A stretch of DNA of 63,865 nt, the filler included, from an uncultured Thermoplasmatales archaeon (GTDB taxonomy: Archaea; Thermoplasmatota; E2; DHVEG-1): assembly GCA_964517155.1 (NCBI GenBank). It is 5 parts of 5 records of this genome, joined end to end, with 100 filler letters (N's around TTAATTAATTAA, not from the genome) between each part and the next. Parts side by side here need not be neighbours in the genome. Positions count along the whole stretch, not along the records: positions 1 to 21,057 come from CAZFAZ010000001.1; 4 more parts are not named here. One strand, written 5' to 3'. The notes under the pieces are model-generated. The model was not told the DNA's origin. It saw only the letters and a program-made list of their open reading frames with translations, and ran no database searches. The translations under genes and the position numbers were made by a program. Shown in pieces: positions 1 to 9,743 of the stretch. Within the stretch, counting starts at the first letter, position 1. Every line of letters starts with the position of its first letter.

Positions 1-1074
1 TCCAAGTTTTTTTCTACCAGTATTTATTTTTTTATCGTTACATACTACATTTATTTCTTTTTTATCAAGCCTAAGGTTTGCAACCTTGCAGCCCGAACCA
101 AGGTTACAATTAGCACCTATTACTGAATCCCCAACATAATTCTGATGCGGAATGTTACTATTATCAAAAACTATTGAGTTTTTTACTTCACAAGCATTAC
201 CTATATGACAACCAGATCCAATTGATGTATACGGCCTAATATAGCAGTTTGGCCCAATTTTACAGTTTTCACCAATTACCACAGGCCCTTCAATATAACT
301 TCCATTCATTACAATTGTATTTTTACCAATGACAACATTTCCTTTAACTGTCGCATTTTTCTCAACAGTTCCTTCTATTTCTCTAGAATTTTTTTTCAAA
401 ACTTCCTCATTTGCATCCAAAAGATGCCATGGATATACTACATCACGCCATTCTTTAAGCATTACAGAAGAAACATCAAATTTTTCAGCCATCATATTAA
501 TTGTATCTGTGATTTCATATTCACCTCTTGGGGATTTAACTGTTTTTTTAATAAAATCAAAAACTTTTTTGTCAAAATGATAAATACCTGCATTTATAAC
601 ATCTGTAAACGGCTGTTGCATTTTTTCATAAATTTTTACGACTTTATCGTTTTTTATTTCAACAATTCCATATTCTTTAGGTTTTTCTACTTTGAAAAGC
701 CCTATACTATTTTTCTTTTTAACCAAGTTTTTAATATCTTCTCCCCCAAATATTGTATCCCCGCATAAAACTATAAAGTCATCAGCAAATTTTTCAACAA
801 GTCCTATCGCATGGGCAGTACCTTTAGGTTTACCTTGATTTAGATATTCTATTTTTACTTTGTATTTTTCACCGTCTCCAAAATAATTACGAACCATTTC
901 ACTTTTGTAAGATACTATAAAAATAAATTCCTTAAGTCCTGCATTAATAGCATTTATAAGGTTTCTTTCAAGCAGTGGTTTGTTTGCAATAGGAAGCATC
1001 ACTTTTGGACGAGTATATGTCAAAGGATGCATTCTTTTGCCTTCACCTGCCGCAAGAATTACACATTTAACCAT
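1..1074 (-). CDS. glmU: GlmU-like bifunctional sugar-1-phosphate nucleotidyltransferase/acetyltransferase, runs off the window edge
   Basis: Not in the ORF track. Manual translation from ATG 1074 gives MVKCVILAAGEGKRMHPLTYTRPKVMLPIANKP, with hexapeptide repeats (GPNCYIRP) further on. Lies downstream of glmS. Confidence 0.88.
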   Translation of the reverse strand, partial: MVKCVILAAGEGKRMHPLTYTRPKVMLPIANKPLLERNLINAINAGLKEFIFIVSYKSEMVRNYFGDGEKYKVKIEYLNQGKPKGTAHAIGLVEKFADDFIVLCGDTIFGGEDIKNLVKKKNSIGLFKVEKPKEYGIVEIKNDKVVKIYEKMQQPFTDVINAGIYHFDKKVFDFIKKTVKSPRGEYEITDTINMMAEKFDVSSVMLKEWRDVVYPWHLLDANEEVLKKNSREIEGTVEKNATVKGNVVIGKNTIVMNGSYIEGPVVIGENCKIGPNCYIRPYTSIGSGCHIGNACEVKNSIVFDNSNIPHQNYVGDSVIGANCNLGSGCKVANLRLDKKEINVVCNDKKINTGRKKLG

Positions 1075-1100
1075 ATTTTATTTTCACTTCCTTTGTTTAT

Positions 1101-2921
1101 TTATTCAACAGTTACAGATTTTGCAAGGTTACGCGGTTTATCAATACTGCATTCACATAAGTCTGCCACATGATATGCAAGTAACTGTAAAATAACAACA
1201 ATCGGAATACTTGATAAAAAACTTGAATTGCCAGGTACTCTTAATACAAAATCAGCATGTTTTTCTATCTCTGTGTCATCCTCTTCAGCTATTGCTATTA
1301 CTTGCGGGCCACGTGCTTTGACTTCACCTATGTTTGCAAGAATTTTATCATAGGTTTTATCTTTTGTGACAATTGCAATAACAGGTGTATTTTTTGTAAG
1401 TAATGCAAAAGGTCCATGTTTTAGCTCACCTGCAGCAAAACCCTCTGCATGAATATAAGAAATTTCTTTTAGTTTTAATGCACCTTCAAGTGATAATGGA
1501 TAGTTTATACCTCGTCCTATAAAAAACACTGATTTTGCGCCTTTAAGTTCTTTTGCAACTTTAAGAATTTCACTATTTTTATCAATGGCATCTCTTACTT
1601 TTCTAGGTAGTTCTCTTAAATAATGTATGTGTTCATATAGGTCATCTGCACTGATTTTATTTTGTATAATACCCATTTTTAAAGCAATTAAAAGTAAAAC
1701 AAGAATTTGTGAGGTAAATGTCTTAGTTGCAGCAACACCAATCTCTGGACCAGACTGCATAAGTATATATCCATCTGAGATGCGAGTAGCCGTGCTTCCC
1801 ATAACATTTGTTATGACTAGTGTTTTGCATCCTGAATTTTTTGCTTCACGAAGTGCAGCAAGGGTATCTAATGTTTCACCTGATTGAGTAATTGGAATTA
1901 CTAAAGAAGAAGCCTGTTTTGTACCAAAATAGCGGTATTCTGATGCAATCTCTACAAAAACAGGGATATCTGTAAGTTTTTCAATTATATATTTTCCAAC
2001 AAGTCCAGCATAATAAGATGTACCGCAAGCAACAATATGAATAGAACTGATACTGCTTTTTAGCAAATTTTCTACATTTTCATTAAAATTAATGCTTCTA
2101 TCTATTTCTGATATGCGCCCGCGAAGAACCTGGTTAATGGTATCTGGTTGATCATAGATTTCTTTGAGCATAAAATGAGGGAAACCTGATTTTTCAGCGT
2201 CTTTGAAATCCCATTTTATAATATCTTCTTTTCTTTGAACAGGTTTATTATTTTTATCATATACTTTTACATCTTTTTTTGATACAGCACAGATTTCACC
2301 ATCGTTTAAATAAATAACCTGATTTGTGTATTTTAAAAAAGCAGGAACATCTGATGCAAGAAAGTTTTCGTTATCACCAACACCAATGACTAGAGGGCTA
2401 TCTTTTCTTGCACCAATAATAATATCTGGCTCATCAGTACTAGTTACAACAAGTGCATAGTAACCTTCAACTTTTTTAAGTGCTAAAAAAACAGCTTTTT
2501 CTAGATCATCTTTGTAGTTATCTTCTATTAAATGAGCTAAAACCTCTGAATCAGTTTGAGAAACAAACTTGTAGCCTTTTTTTATCAGATTCTCTCTTAA
2601 TTTTATATAATTTTCAATAATTCCATTGTGAACAATTGCTATTTTTTTGTTTGTGCTTATATGGGGATGAGCATTTTCTTTTGTTACGCCTCCATGAGTT
2701 GCCCATCTATTATGTCCCAGACCAATAGTTCCAGCGGTTTTAGTTTTTGTAATAGTTTTTTCAAGTTGTTTTATTTCTCCAACTTCTTTGTAAACTTGTT
2801 GTTTTTTTCCTAATATCGCTAGTCCTGATGAATCGTAGCCCCGATATTCCAATCTTTTTAAACCATCAATTATAACTTTATCTGCATCACGAAATCCATT
2901 GTAACCAATTATCCCGCACAC
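1101..2921 (-). CDS. glmS: Glutamine--fructose-6-phosphate aminotransferase
   Basis: N-terminal MCGIIG, LEYRGYDS, SQSGET-like motif and C-terminal PRNLAKSVTVE. Confidence 0.98.
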   Translation of the reverse strand: MCGIIGYNGFRDADKVIIDGLKRLEYRGYDSSGLAILGKKQQVYKEVGEIKQLEKTITKTKTAGTIGLGHNRWATHGGVTKENAHPHISTNKKIAIVHNGIIENYIKLRENLIKKGYKFVSQTDSEVLAHLIEDNYKDDLEKAVFLALKKVEGYYALVVTSTDEPDIIIGARKDSPLVIGVGDNENFLASDVPAFLKYTNQVIYLNDGEICAVSKKDVKVYDKNNKPVQRKEDIIKWDFKDAEKSGFPHFMLKEIYDQPDTINQVLRGRISEIDRSINFNENVENLLKSSISSIHIVACGTSYYAGLVGKYIIEKLTDIPVFVEIASEYRYFGTKQASSLVIPITQSGETLDTLAALREAKNSGCKTLVITNVMGSTATRISDGYILMQSGPEIGVAATKTFTSQILVLLLIALKMGIIQNKISADDLYEHIHYLRELPRKVRDAIDKNSEILKVAKELKGAKSVFFIGRGINYPLSLEGALKLKEISYIHAEGFAAGELKHGPFALLTKNTPVIAIVTKDKTYDKILANIGEVKARGPQVIAIAEEDDTEIEKHADFVLRVPGNSSFLSSIPIVVILQLLAYHVADLCECSIDKPRNLAKSVTVE

Positions 2922-2923
2922 GT

Positions 2924-4108
2924 TTACATCACTTTGCTGTTGCTTTCTATATTTTTTCTAATTCTTTTCATTGACTCGATTTTGCATTTACGCCCTATTA
3001 TAACACCAGGGTCTACAACTACATGATTATTAATTGTGCAGTCCTCTCCAATGAGAGCACCAAGGTTTTTGACTTTTTTGAATTCACCTTCAATTTCTAT
3101 TATGTTTTCACCTGAGCTGCTTGAAAAATTATGACCTAGAATACTACCACGAGCAACAATTGAGTTTGTAATAAATGAGCTTGAGCCGATATGTGTATCA
3201 TTCATTATTACACTGTTTTGAATTTGTGCCCCTGGCTGAATGACAGAGTTATCACCAATGCTTGTCGATGGAAAAATACATGCATTAGGCCCTATCTCGC
3301 ATCCCTCTCCGATAACAACGGGTCCTACTATGTAGGAACCTGAATAAATTTTTGTTTCTTTACCAATTGATACACTGCCTTTTATTGTCACATTTTTTTC
3401 AATGGTTCCACCAGTTGATGCTTTTATATTTTGCATCATTGTTTCATTTACTTGTACTAAGTCCCAAGGGTATACTATATCCATCCATGAACTAGCAATA
3501 TTTGTACTAAAAGTTATTTCGTCTTTGAGTAGTGATTGTACAACTGATGATAAATCATGTATTCCTTGTTTTGATAGTTCTTGTATTTTTTTGAATACAC
3601 TCTTTGGGAATTTGTATATACCTGTTGATATGAATTTTCCAATTTCCTCTTTAGGTTTTTCAACAAGTTTTTTTAAGTTTTGATTTTCTAGAAATACTAC
3701 GCCATATTTTGATGGGTAGGAATGTTCTTTTATAATAAGTGAATATTCTGATTTTTCTTGTATCAGTTTTTGTATGCTTTCATTATCTATTATATTGTCT
3801 CCTGCTAAAACAATAAATTTTTCGTTTATACTGTCTTTTGCTTGTAAAAGCGCATGAGCGGTTCCTAGTTGTTTATCTTGTGTGATATATGTAATTTTAG
3901 TTCCTTTGTAGTCTTTAAGATAATCCATTATCACTTCTTTTTTATATCCAACTACTAAAACAACTTCTACAACACCAGTATTTTTTAATGCATCTAAAAC
4001 ATGTTCAAGTATTGGTTTATTTGCAATAGGAAGCATTACTTTTGGCATGGTTTCTGTAAAAGGTCTTAGTCTTTTTCCCTCGCCTGCGGCAAGAATTACT
4101 GCTTTCAT
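2924..4108 (-). CDS. GlmU-like nucleotidyltransferase, second paralog
   Basis: AVILAAGEGKRLRP...PKVMLP motif plus a hexapeptide left-handed beta-helix C-terminus. Confidence 0.9.
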   Translation of the reverse strand: MKAVILAAGEGKRLRPFTETMPKVMLPIANKPILEHVLDALKNTGVVEVVLVVGYKKEVIMDYLKDYKGTKITYITQDKQLGTAHALLQAKDSINEKFIVLAGDNIIDNESIQKLIQEKSEYSLIIKEHSYPSKYGVVFLENQNLKKLVEKPKEEIGKFISTGIYKFPKSVFKKIQELSKQGIHDLSSVVQSLLKDEITFSTNIASSWMDIVYPWDLVQVNETMMQNIKASTGGTIEKNVTIKGSVSIGKETKIYSGSYIVGPVVIGEGCEIGPNACIFPSTSIGDNSVIQPGAQIQNSVIMNDTHIGSSSFITNSIVARGSILGHNFSSSSGENIIEIEGEFKKVKNLGALIGEDCTINNHVVVDPGVIIGRKCKIESMKRIRKNIESNSKVM

Positions 4109-4258
4109 AACATTCTCCCTTTTGTAAATCGTAAGCCTGTATCCATTATTTTATATTTACTAAAATAAATATCTTATAGATATTTACAAAAAAGCTAAAG
4201 CTAGCCTCACTTCAGTATGCCCTTCTTTAGTTAAAAAATATGTATCATTTAGAATTCT

Positions 4259-4522
4259 TTATTTGTATATTTTATCGTGATGATCGTAATCTTCTAAGAT
4301 TACAGTATTTGTATCTTCATCAATTGAAAAAGTTAAAACAAAATGTCCATCGATGTGAACCCTTTTCCAATTATTTAATGGTGCCTTAAGATTTTTATAC
4401 CTACGTGGATCAATAAAAATTTCTTCTGATTTCTTTGCAATAATCTCTGCTTGTTTAGGGCTCTTTTCCCCCAATTTTATTAATTTCTTCTTTAAAGAGG
4501 GTCTGATATTTAGATCATACAT
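4259..4522 (-). CDS. RelE/ParE superfamily type II toxin
   Basis: 87 aa, basic, with RVHIDGHFVLTFSID...YDHHDKIY; directly downstream of a small antitoxin. Confidence 0.8.
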   Translation of the reverse strand: MYDLNIRPSLKKKLIKLGEKSPKQAEIIAKKSEEIFIDPRRYKNLKAPLNNWKRVHIDGHFVLTFSIDEDTNTVILEDYDHHDKIYK

Positions 4523-4524
4523 TT

Positions 4525-4767
4525 TTACTTCAAACCCATCATTTTTCTAAGGTCTTTAGGAGTTCCGACGTTTACAGGTTTTTCCTTCATTATTTCTTTA
4601 GCTTTTTCAATATATTCTGGTCTAAGTTCAGGTTCAAGAATTTCTTGTTCGTATTCTTTAGCCATAAGATCAATGGCTTGACTTTTGTCTTTAAGTCCAT
4701 ATTTTGCCTTGAGGATATTTAAAATTCTATTGGTATTTTCTTTGATGTTTATTATAGCTTGAACCAT
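4525..4767 (-). CDS. DUF2683-like antitoxin
   Basis: MVQAIINI...LNILKAKYGLKDKSQAID...LEPELRPEY pattern; 2 nt upstream of the RelE-like gene. Confidence 0.75.
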   Translation of the reverse strand: MVQAIINIKENTNRILNILKAKYGLKDKSQAIDLMAKEYEQEILEPELRPEYIEKAKEIMKEKPVNVGTPKDLRKMMGLK

Positions 4768-4885
4768 ATTAATACAACCTTAATATAATATATATATGGC
4801 ATTAATATATATAACTTTCTGTCAAAAATATCAAGCGTATAAAAATATTATACGTAATCAAAAAAGAAATGATGGAGGTATATGG

Positions 4886-5057
4886 ATGAGTAAAAAAGAT
4901 GACATCTATTTACATCACATTTTGAATTCCATTTCTAAAATTAAAAATTTTACAGAAGGTATTAATGAAAATGATTTTAAAAAAAAATGAATTAATACAA
5001 TCTGCTGTGGTCCGTCAGATAGAAATTATTGGAAAAGCTACTAACCAATTAAATTAA
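4886..5057 (+). pseudogene. HepT/DUF86 ribonuclease toxin remnant, frameshifted and truncated
   Basis: MSKKDDIYLHHILNSISKIKNFTEG stops at an A9 run (4979-4987). Removing one A gives NELIQSAVVRQIEIIGKATNQL, then a stop. GGAGG SD upstream. Confidence 0.75.
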
Positions 5058-5201
5058 AGTAAAAAACAGAGAGAGTAAAAAACTGATTTTTAGAAAAATC
5101 AATTTATATTTTTTAGTAATTTATAACGATAAATTTCTATATACATCCTATTTTACTAAAGTAGCAATTGTCCAGTATTCAATAATACATTACTTACTTT
5201 T

Positions 5202-5606
5202 TTATTCTACTTTATTTACCAATTCTTCTGTGGAAATTACATCAATATGTCTCTGGTTTTTTAGTGCTTTATCATTGCTCCATACCGAACAATTTAGTTT
5301 CATAGCTAAAGCAAAATAATCTACATCATTTTTATCAGGACAAATAGTTTTTGCTTTTGAAATAAATCTTTCAGTTTCCTCATTTGGAATAACAATTATT
5401 TTTTCTCTTAAAATTCGCATTAATCTGTCAAAATCTTTATCATTTCTTTTTGTCTTATCTTTGATAAACGCTCTATATTTTTCGAACTCATCGAAAAGAA
5501 ACTCCGGTGCAAAAAGATGAATAGTATCTTTAAAGATAATCTCCTCGGTTTTTCCTTTTTTTATAAGCACTGAAAAAAGTATATTTGCGTCAATCACTAA
5601 ATCCAT
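5202..5606 (-). CDS. PIN-domain (VapC-like) toxin
   Basis: LVIDANILFS...PDKNDVDYFALA...VWSNDKAL acidic PIN motifs. Confidence 0.9.
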   Translation of the reverse strand: MDLVIDANILFSVLIKKGKTEEIIFKDTIHLFAPEFLFDEFEKYRAFIKDKTKRNDKDFDRLMRILREKIIVIPNEETERFISKAKTICPDKNDVDYFALAMKLNCSVWSNDKALKNQRHIDVISTEELVNKVE

Positions 5607-5608
5607 AT

Positions 5609-5824
5609 TTAACGTCTCTCGGCTAGTTTTTTGTTTAATTCTCTACCAAGCTTCAAAGCTTCTTCTTCTGTTAAATTACTTTTTTTTTTGAATTGTTTCA
5701 AAAATTCTAGATCGGAAATTTTTTCTTTGAACGCTTCACGGGCTACTGCGCTCCAATTAATTTCCATAAAAGAATCCATTTTCTTCTTTAATTCCTTTGG
5801 AATTGATAACGTTATATTTACCAC
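5609..5824 (-). CDS. RHH antitoxin (VapB-like)
   Basis: VNITLSIPKELKKKM...INWSAVAREAF ribbon-helix-helix pattern. GGTGA SD suggests a GTG start at 5824. Directly upstream of the PIN gene. Confidence 0.8.
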   Translation of the reverse strand: MVNITLSIPKELKKKMDSFMEINWSAVAREAFKEKISDLEFLKQFKKKSNLTEEEALKLGRELNKKLAERR

Positions 5825-5898
5825 ACATATCACCTTTGTATTACTTGTATATATGTGTATTATGTGCTAATATATAATATTTTTGTATTAATATAGAG

Positions 5899-6018
5899 GA
5901 TATGTGCAAAATCACACATCAGCTTTGAAAAATCCTGCGAACTATGGAAAGATTGCTTTAGCTATACTTCCTGTGTTTCTCCGGCTTCAATTACTTCTAA
6001 AAGTTGGTCTGTTTCCAT
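5899..6018 (-). pseudogene. AlbA_2/Schlafen-like DNA-binding domain remnant
   Basis: Manual translation METDQLLEVIEAGETQEV*LKQSFHSSQDFSKLMCDFAH resembles the GE-x3-VEFK...CAFAN start of AlbA_2. In-frame TAG at 5962-5964. Confidence 0.6.
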
Positions 6019-6235
6019 TTCTATCAGATACTATTAATACTATTTGATAGTAATTTATAAATATTTCTTTTCTCTGGGGTGAAGTACTATCAAAATAAAT
6101 TTTAATCTTTTTGGTTTCATATTTTTTATAATAATGACATTTCAAAACATCTATCATACAACATAATAAGACTCTTAATAAAAATACATCAAAAAATAGT
6201 ATTTGCCTAACTTAAAATACACAAATACTTTTTAT

Positions 6236-7096
6236 CTATTTAACAAACAGCATAGAATATTTACATTTCTCAGCGATTTTCTTTTTAACGTTTTTTACAG
6301 GAAAACCTAGCATCCCTTTCTTTTTTTGTTCTTGACCTAGTATTACTAGTTGTGCCTTGATTTTTTCTGCTTTTTTTACGATTTGTTTTTCAAGGCTGCC
6401 TTTAACAATTTCAACATTTATTTGTTTTTTTTGCATTTCTTCTACAAATTTTTGTGCCTGGATTTTTAGTTCTTTTTCTGTTTGTTTAGTTGATCTTTTC
6501 CCTTGCTCATCAACTTGTACGCAATCTTCTGTATCTACAATATATAATATTTGCAAACTCCAGCCTAAAGTCTCTGCAAGTTTTATGCTAATTTGAGATA
6601 TTTTTTGATTTGACACAAGGTTTGAACAGATAGCTAGTATTTTCTGACTGGTTCCTTTGCCTACCACCCATATTGGTATATTTACTTCTTCAAAAAGCCT
6701 ATAGTTTAGAATACATCCTTTCCTAAACCCCATTAAAAGTAAATCATATTTTTTGCTTCTTATTTCTTCTTTTATTGCATCTGTATATTCTTGCTCAACT
6801 ATTTTCTCAGAGATTTCTTTGTTTTTAAATATTTTTTTTATTTCTTGAAAAATTATTGTATCTGCTGATTGTTTTTGGTTTTCTATTAGTTCTTTTTTTG
6901 TCTCTTCAAGATTATATTCTGTTATATATGAACAAGATATTTTATTTGTTTGTTTTAGTGTTTTTTCGTCTATTATGTATAGTATTGTAATTTGACTTTT
7001 GAATTTCTCAGAAAGAGTAAGTGCTCTTTGTATTACTTGTTTTGAATAAAATTCTGATGATATCGGCATCAATATATTTCTAAACATTTTTTTCAC
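6236..7096 (-). CDS. Universal stress protein with tandem USP domains
   Basis: MFRNILMPIS...ITILYII...YDLLLMG, then a second domain ending AQLVILG...IAEKCKYSMLFVK. Confidence 0.85.
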   Translation of the reverse strand: MKKMFRNILMPISSEFYSKQVIQRALTLSEKFKSQITILYIIDEKTLKQTNKISCSYITEYNLEETKKELIENQKQSADTIIFQEIKKIFKNKEISEKIVEQEYTDAIKEEIRSKKYDLLLMGFRKGCILNYRLFEEVNIPIWVVGKGTSQKILAICSNLVSNQKISQISIKLAETLGWSLQILYIVDTEDCVQVDEQGKRSTKQTEKELKIQAQKFVEEMQKKQINVEIVKGSLEKQIVKKAEKIKAQLVILGQEQKKKGMLGFPVKNVKKKIAEKCKYSMLFVK

Positions 7097-7102
7097 CTTT
7101 TT

Positions 7103-8524
7103 TTATAATCCTAATACACCTTTCCAGTAGAATATTGCAACTGAAAATACTATTGTTATACATACTATATTTGCAAGCACTCCAGTTTTAAACAAATCTT
7201 TTGTTGTAAAATAGCCTGATGAATAAGTTATTGCATTTCCAGGTGTAGCAATCACAAGCATAAATGCTAAACCACCGCTTAGTGCTATGAGCATCGCTGA
7301 AAGAAGCGGACTTATACCAGATACAGCTGTTGAAATTGAAAAACCTACAGGTAAAAGTATTGCTACGGCACCAGTGTTTGACATTATCTCTGTTAAAAAA
7401 ATTGTTACAACAATTAATCCAAGAATTACCAAGTACGGGTTTTCACCTATAACATAAAAAAGTGCTTTAGCTATCCAGTCTGCTGCACCTGTTTGAATAA
7501 TGCCCATGCCAAGTGTTATAGCCCCGCCATAAAGTAAAATAATTCCCCAGGGAACACGTCTTTCAACATCTTTCCAGCTGAGACAACCTGTCATAAAAAG
7601 TAAAACTCCACCTAGTAGTGCAATAACTGCAAGGCCAAAATACATGTATTGTGAAAAGAAAACCCAGAGGCATAAAGTTAACATAAATATTACTATGACT
7701 TTTATCTGATTTATACCTAGTTTTCCAGCTTTTATAACCTGATTACTTATTACTTTTTTTGCAAGTGCTATATCTTTTATTTCAATAGGAAAAGAAAATT
7801 GAAGTATAAGCCATACAAGAGGCAAAGCAATAAAAACAACAGGCATAGAGTAAATCATCCAATCTAAAAAAGTAACAGTAATGCCTTCCTCTGCAAGAAG
7901 ACCTATCGCAAGCGGGTTGCGTGCACCACCTATAAGAGTTCCCAAGCTTCCAATAGAGCAGCCATAGGCAACACTTAACATGCTGATTTTACCAAAATTA
8001 CTTTGCTTTGGAACTATTTTCATAGCAATCAAAATAGAAGTAATTATTGGTAAAAATAATGCTGCTACTCCATGTTCAGGCATTACAAAAGATAAAAAGG
8101 CACATGAACACATAATGCCAAAAGTAAAAAAACGAGGAGAACTTTCAAAATAGCTTAGAAATTTTAAAGCTATTCTTTTATGAAGGCCGTGTTTTTCAAT
8201 TGCAGCTGCAATTATAAATGCACCAATTAAAAAAAACACTGCTTGATTTCCAAATGATGAAAAAACATCTTTTGGCTGCATTAACCCAAGCAGTGGCTGT
8301 AAAATCATTATAAGAAGCCCTGTTACAGGTAATGGAATTGGTTCTGTAATCCATAGTATTACTGCCATTAAAAGTATACCTATCATGAGTTTACCTGAGA
8401 AAGGCAAACCAGCAGGTGTCGGTAAAAAATAAAAAATTACAATTATTAAAAAAGCAAGTAAAATAAAGAAAATATCTTTTTTTGAAAGAATTTTTTCTTT
8501 TTTATCTTCTTTATCGTTATTCAT
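7103..8524 (-). CDS. SLC13/DASS family anion (probably sulfate) transporter
   Basis: Multi-TM protein with WITEPIPLPVT, SIGSLGTLIGGARN, TEIMSNT and ATPGNAI motifs; inside the cys operon. Confidence 0.9.
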   Translation of the reverse strand: MNNDKEDKKEKILSKKDIFFILLAFLIIVIFYFLPTPAGLPFSGKLMIGILLMAVILWITEPIPLPVTGLLIMILQPLLGLMQPKDVFSSFGNQAVFFLIGAFIIAAAIEKHGLHKRIALKFLSYFESSPRFFTFGIMCSCAFLSFVMPEHGVAALFLPIITSILIAMKIVPKQSNFGKISMLSVAYGCSIGSLGTLIGGARNPLAIGLLAEEGITVTFLDWMIYSMPVVFIALPLVWLILQFSFPIEIKDIALAKKVISNQVIKAGKLGINQIKVIVIFMLTLCLWVFFSQYMYFGLAVIALLGGVLLFMTGCLSWKDVERRVPWGIILLYGGAITLGMGIIQTGAADWIAKALFYVIGENPYLVILGLIVVTIFLTEIMSNTGAVAILLPVGFSISTAVSGISPLLSAMLIALSGGLAFMLVIATPGNAITYSSGYFTTKDLFKTGVLANIVCITIVFSVAIFYWKGVLGL

Positions 8525-8525
8525 T

Positions 8526-9104
8526 TTAATTTATTTTCCTGTTCCTGTAAAGTTTTTTATCTACAACATTTATCATTTTTTCAAGTGATTCTTTTGGCAT
8601 TTCTAAGTATTTGTGTATCTTTTTAATATTTTTCCAAGGGTTTGAAAGTATTTCATTATAGTTTACTGTAAGATAATCTATATCTTTTCTTTCTTGCATT
8701 ATTTTTTTAATCATATAATTAAGTTTGATAAATATTTCACGTGTTTCATTGTGTTTTTCGTCTTTTTTACCCATCATTTTTTCCATTGAATAAAGTATTT
8801 CATCTATGTTTCGCTCAGAGTATATTATTTTGTATTTTGCTTCTGGAAGAAATTTTATACCATAACATGTGATTTTGATAAATTTTCCTTTGTATTTTTC
8901 AAATGGAAATGTTTTGTTTATAAGCCGGTTTATGATTTTTCCGCCTTCAAGTTCATAGTATCCTTTTGGATTGTTTTCATCAGGTTTTCGTGTATCATCA
9001 AAACTTGTTGATATGCCACCTGCGTTTAGTATCTGCATAATCATAGATGTCCCTGATCTTTCTAGTCCTGATACAATGTAATTTGTGTCTTTTTCAAGTA
9101 TCAT
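8526..9104 (-). CDS. Sulfotransferase family protein
   Basis: 5'-PSB-like loop IVSGLERSGTSMIMQIL, R-x7-S 3'-PB-like motif, and YNEILSNP. Confidence 0.75.
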   Translation of the reverse strand: MILEKDTNYIVSGLERSGTSMIMQILNAGGISTSFDDTRKPDENNPKGYYELEGGKIINRLINKTFPFEKYKGKFIKITCYGIKFLPEAKYKIIYSERNIDEILYSMEKMMGKKDEKHNETREIFIKLNYMIKKIMQERKDIDYLTVNYNEILSNPWKNIKKIHKYLEMPKESLEKMINVVDKKLYRNRKIN

Positions 9105-9127
9105 TTTTGGTGTATACTCCTTGTTTT

Positions 9128-9736
9128 TTAGATTATTTTTTCTTCTTTGAGTTTATTTATTACAATCTCTGTGCTTTCTTCAATGCTGTATTTATCTGTA
9201 TCAATTATTATTTCAGGTTTTTCTGGTTTCTCATATGGTGCAGAAACCCCTGTGAAATCTTTTAAACTGCCATCTCTTGCTTTTTTGTAAAGCCCTTTAG
9301 GGTCACGACTTTCACAAGTTTGAAGTGCTGCTTTGCAGTATATTTCAAAAAATCTTTTTGGACCAATTATTTCTCTTGAAAAATCACGCATTTTTTTATA
9401 TGGTGATATAAAAGCTGTACATGTTATTATTCCTGCATCTGCAAATAGTTTTGCAACCTCAGTTATTCTACGGATGTTTTCATCGCGGTCTTCCTGTGAA
9501 AAACCCAGGTTTTTGTTTAGCCCGTGACGAATGTTATCTCCATCTAAAACATATGCTAGTTTTCCCATTGTATGTAGTTTGTAGGCCACCTCATTTGCAA
9601 TTGTAGACTTTCCACTACCTGACAGCCCTGTAAACCATAAGACTTTTGCTTTCTGATTAAGTAGTTTTTCTCTATCTTTTATTGTTACTTTATGTTGATG
9701 CCATTTGATGTTTTTTGATTTTTGTTCTGTTTTCAT
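9128..9736 (-). CDS. cysC: Adenylyl-sulfate kinase
   Basis: WFTGLSGSGKSTIA, LDGDNIRHGL, RDPKGLYKKAR and FTGVSAPYE motifs. Confidence 0.97.
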   Translation of the reverse strand: MKTEQKSKNIKWHQHKVTIKDREKLLNQKAKVLWFTGLSGSGKSTIANEVAYKLHTMGKLAYVLDGDNIRHGLNKNLGFSQEDRDENIRRITEVAKLFADAGIITCTAFISPYKKMRDFSREIIGPKRFFEIYCKAALQTCESRDPKGLYKKARDGSLKDFTGVSAPYEKPEKPEIIIDTDKYSIEESTEIVINKLKEEKII

Positions 9737-9743
9737 AACTTTT

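Noticed and set aside
983..4098. Near-identical DNA at the 5' ends of the two glmU-like genes
   Set aside because: Explained by paralogy at a conserved motif; two GlmU-like genes around glmS are common in archaea.
4193..4258. Minus-strand NDTYFLTKEGHTEVRLALAFL* resembling a wHTH C-terminal remnant
   Set aside because: Too short to support a call without a search.
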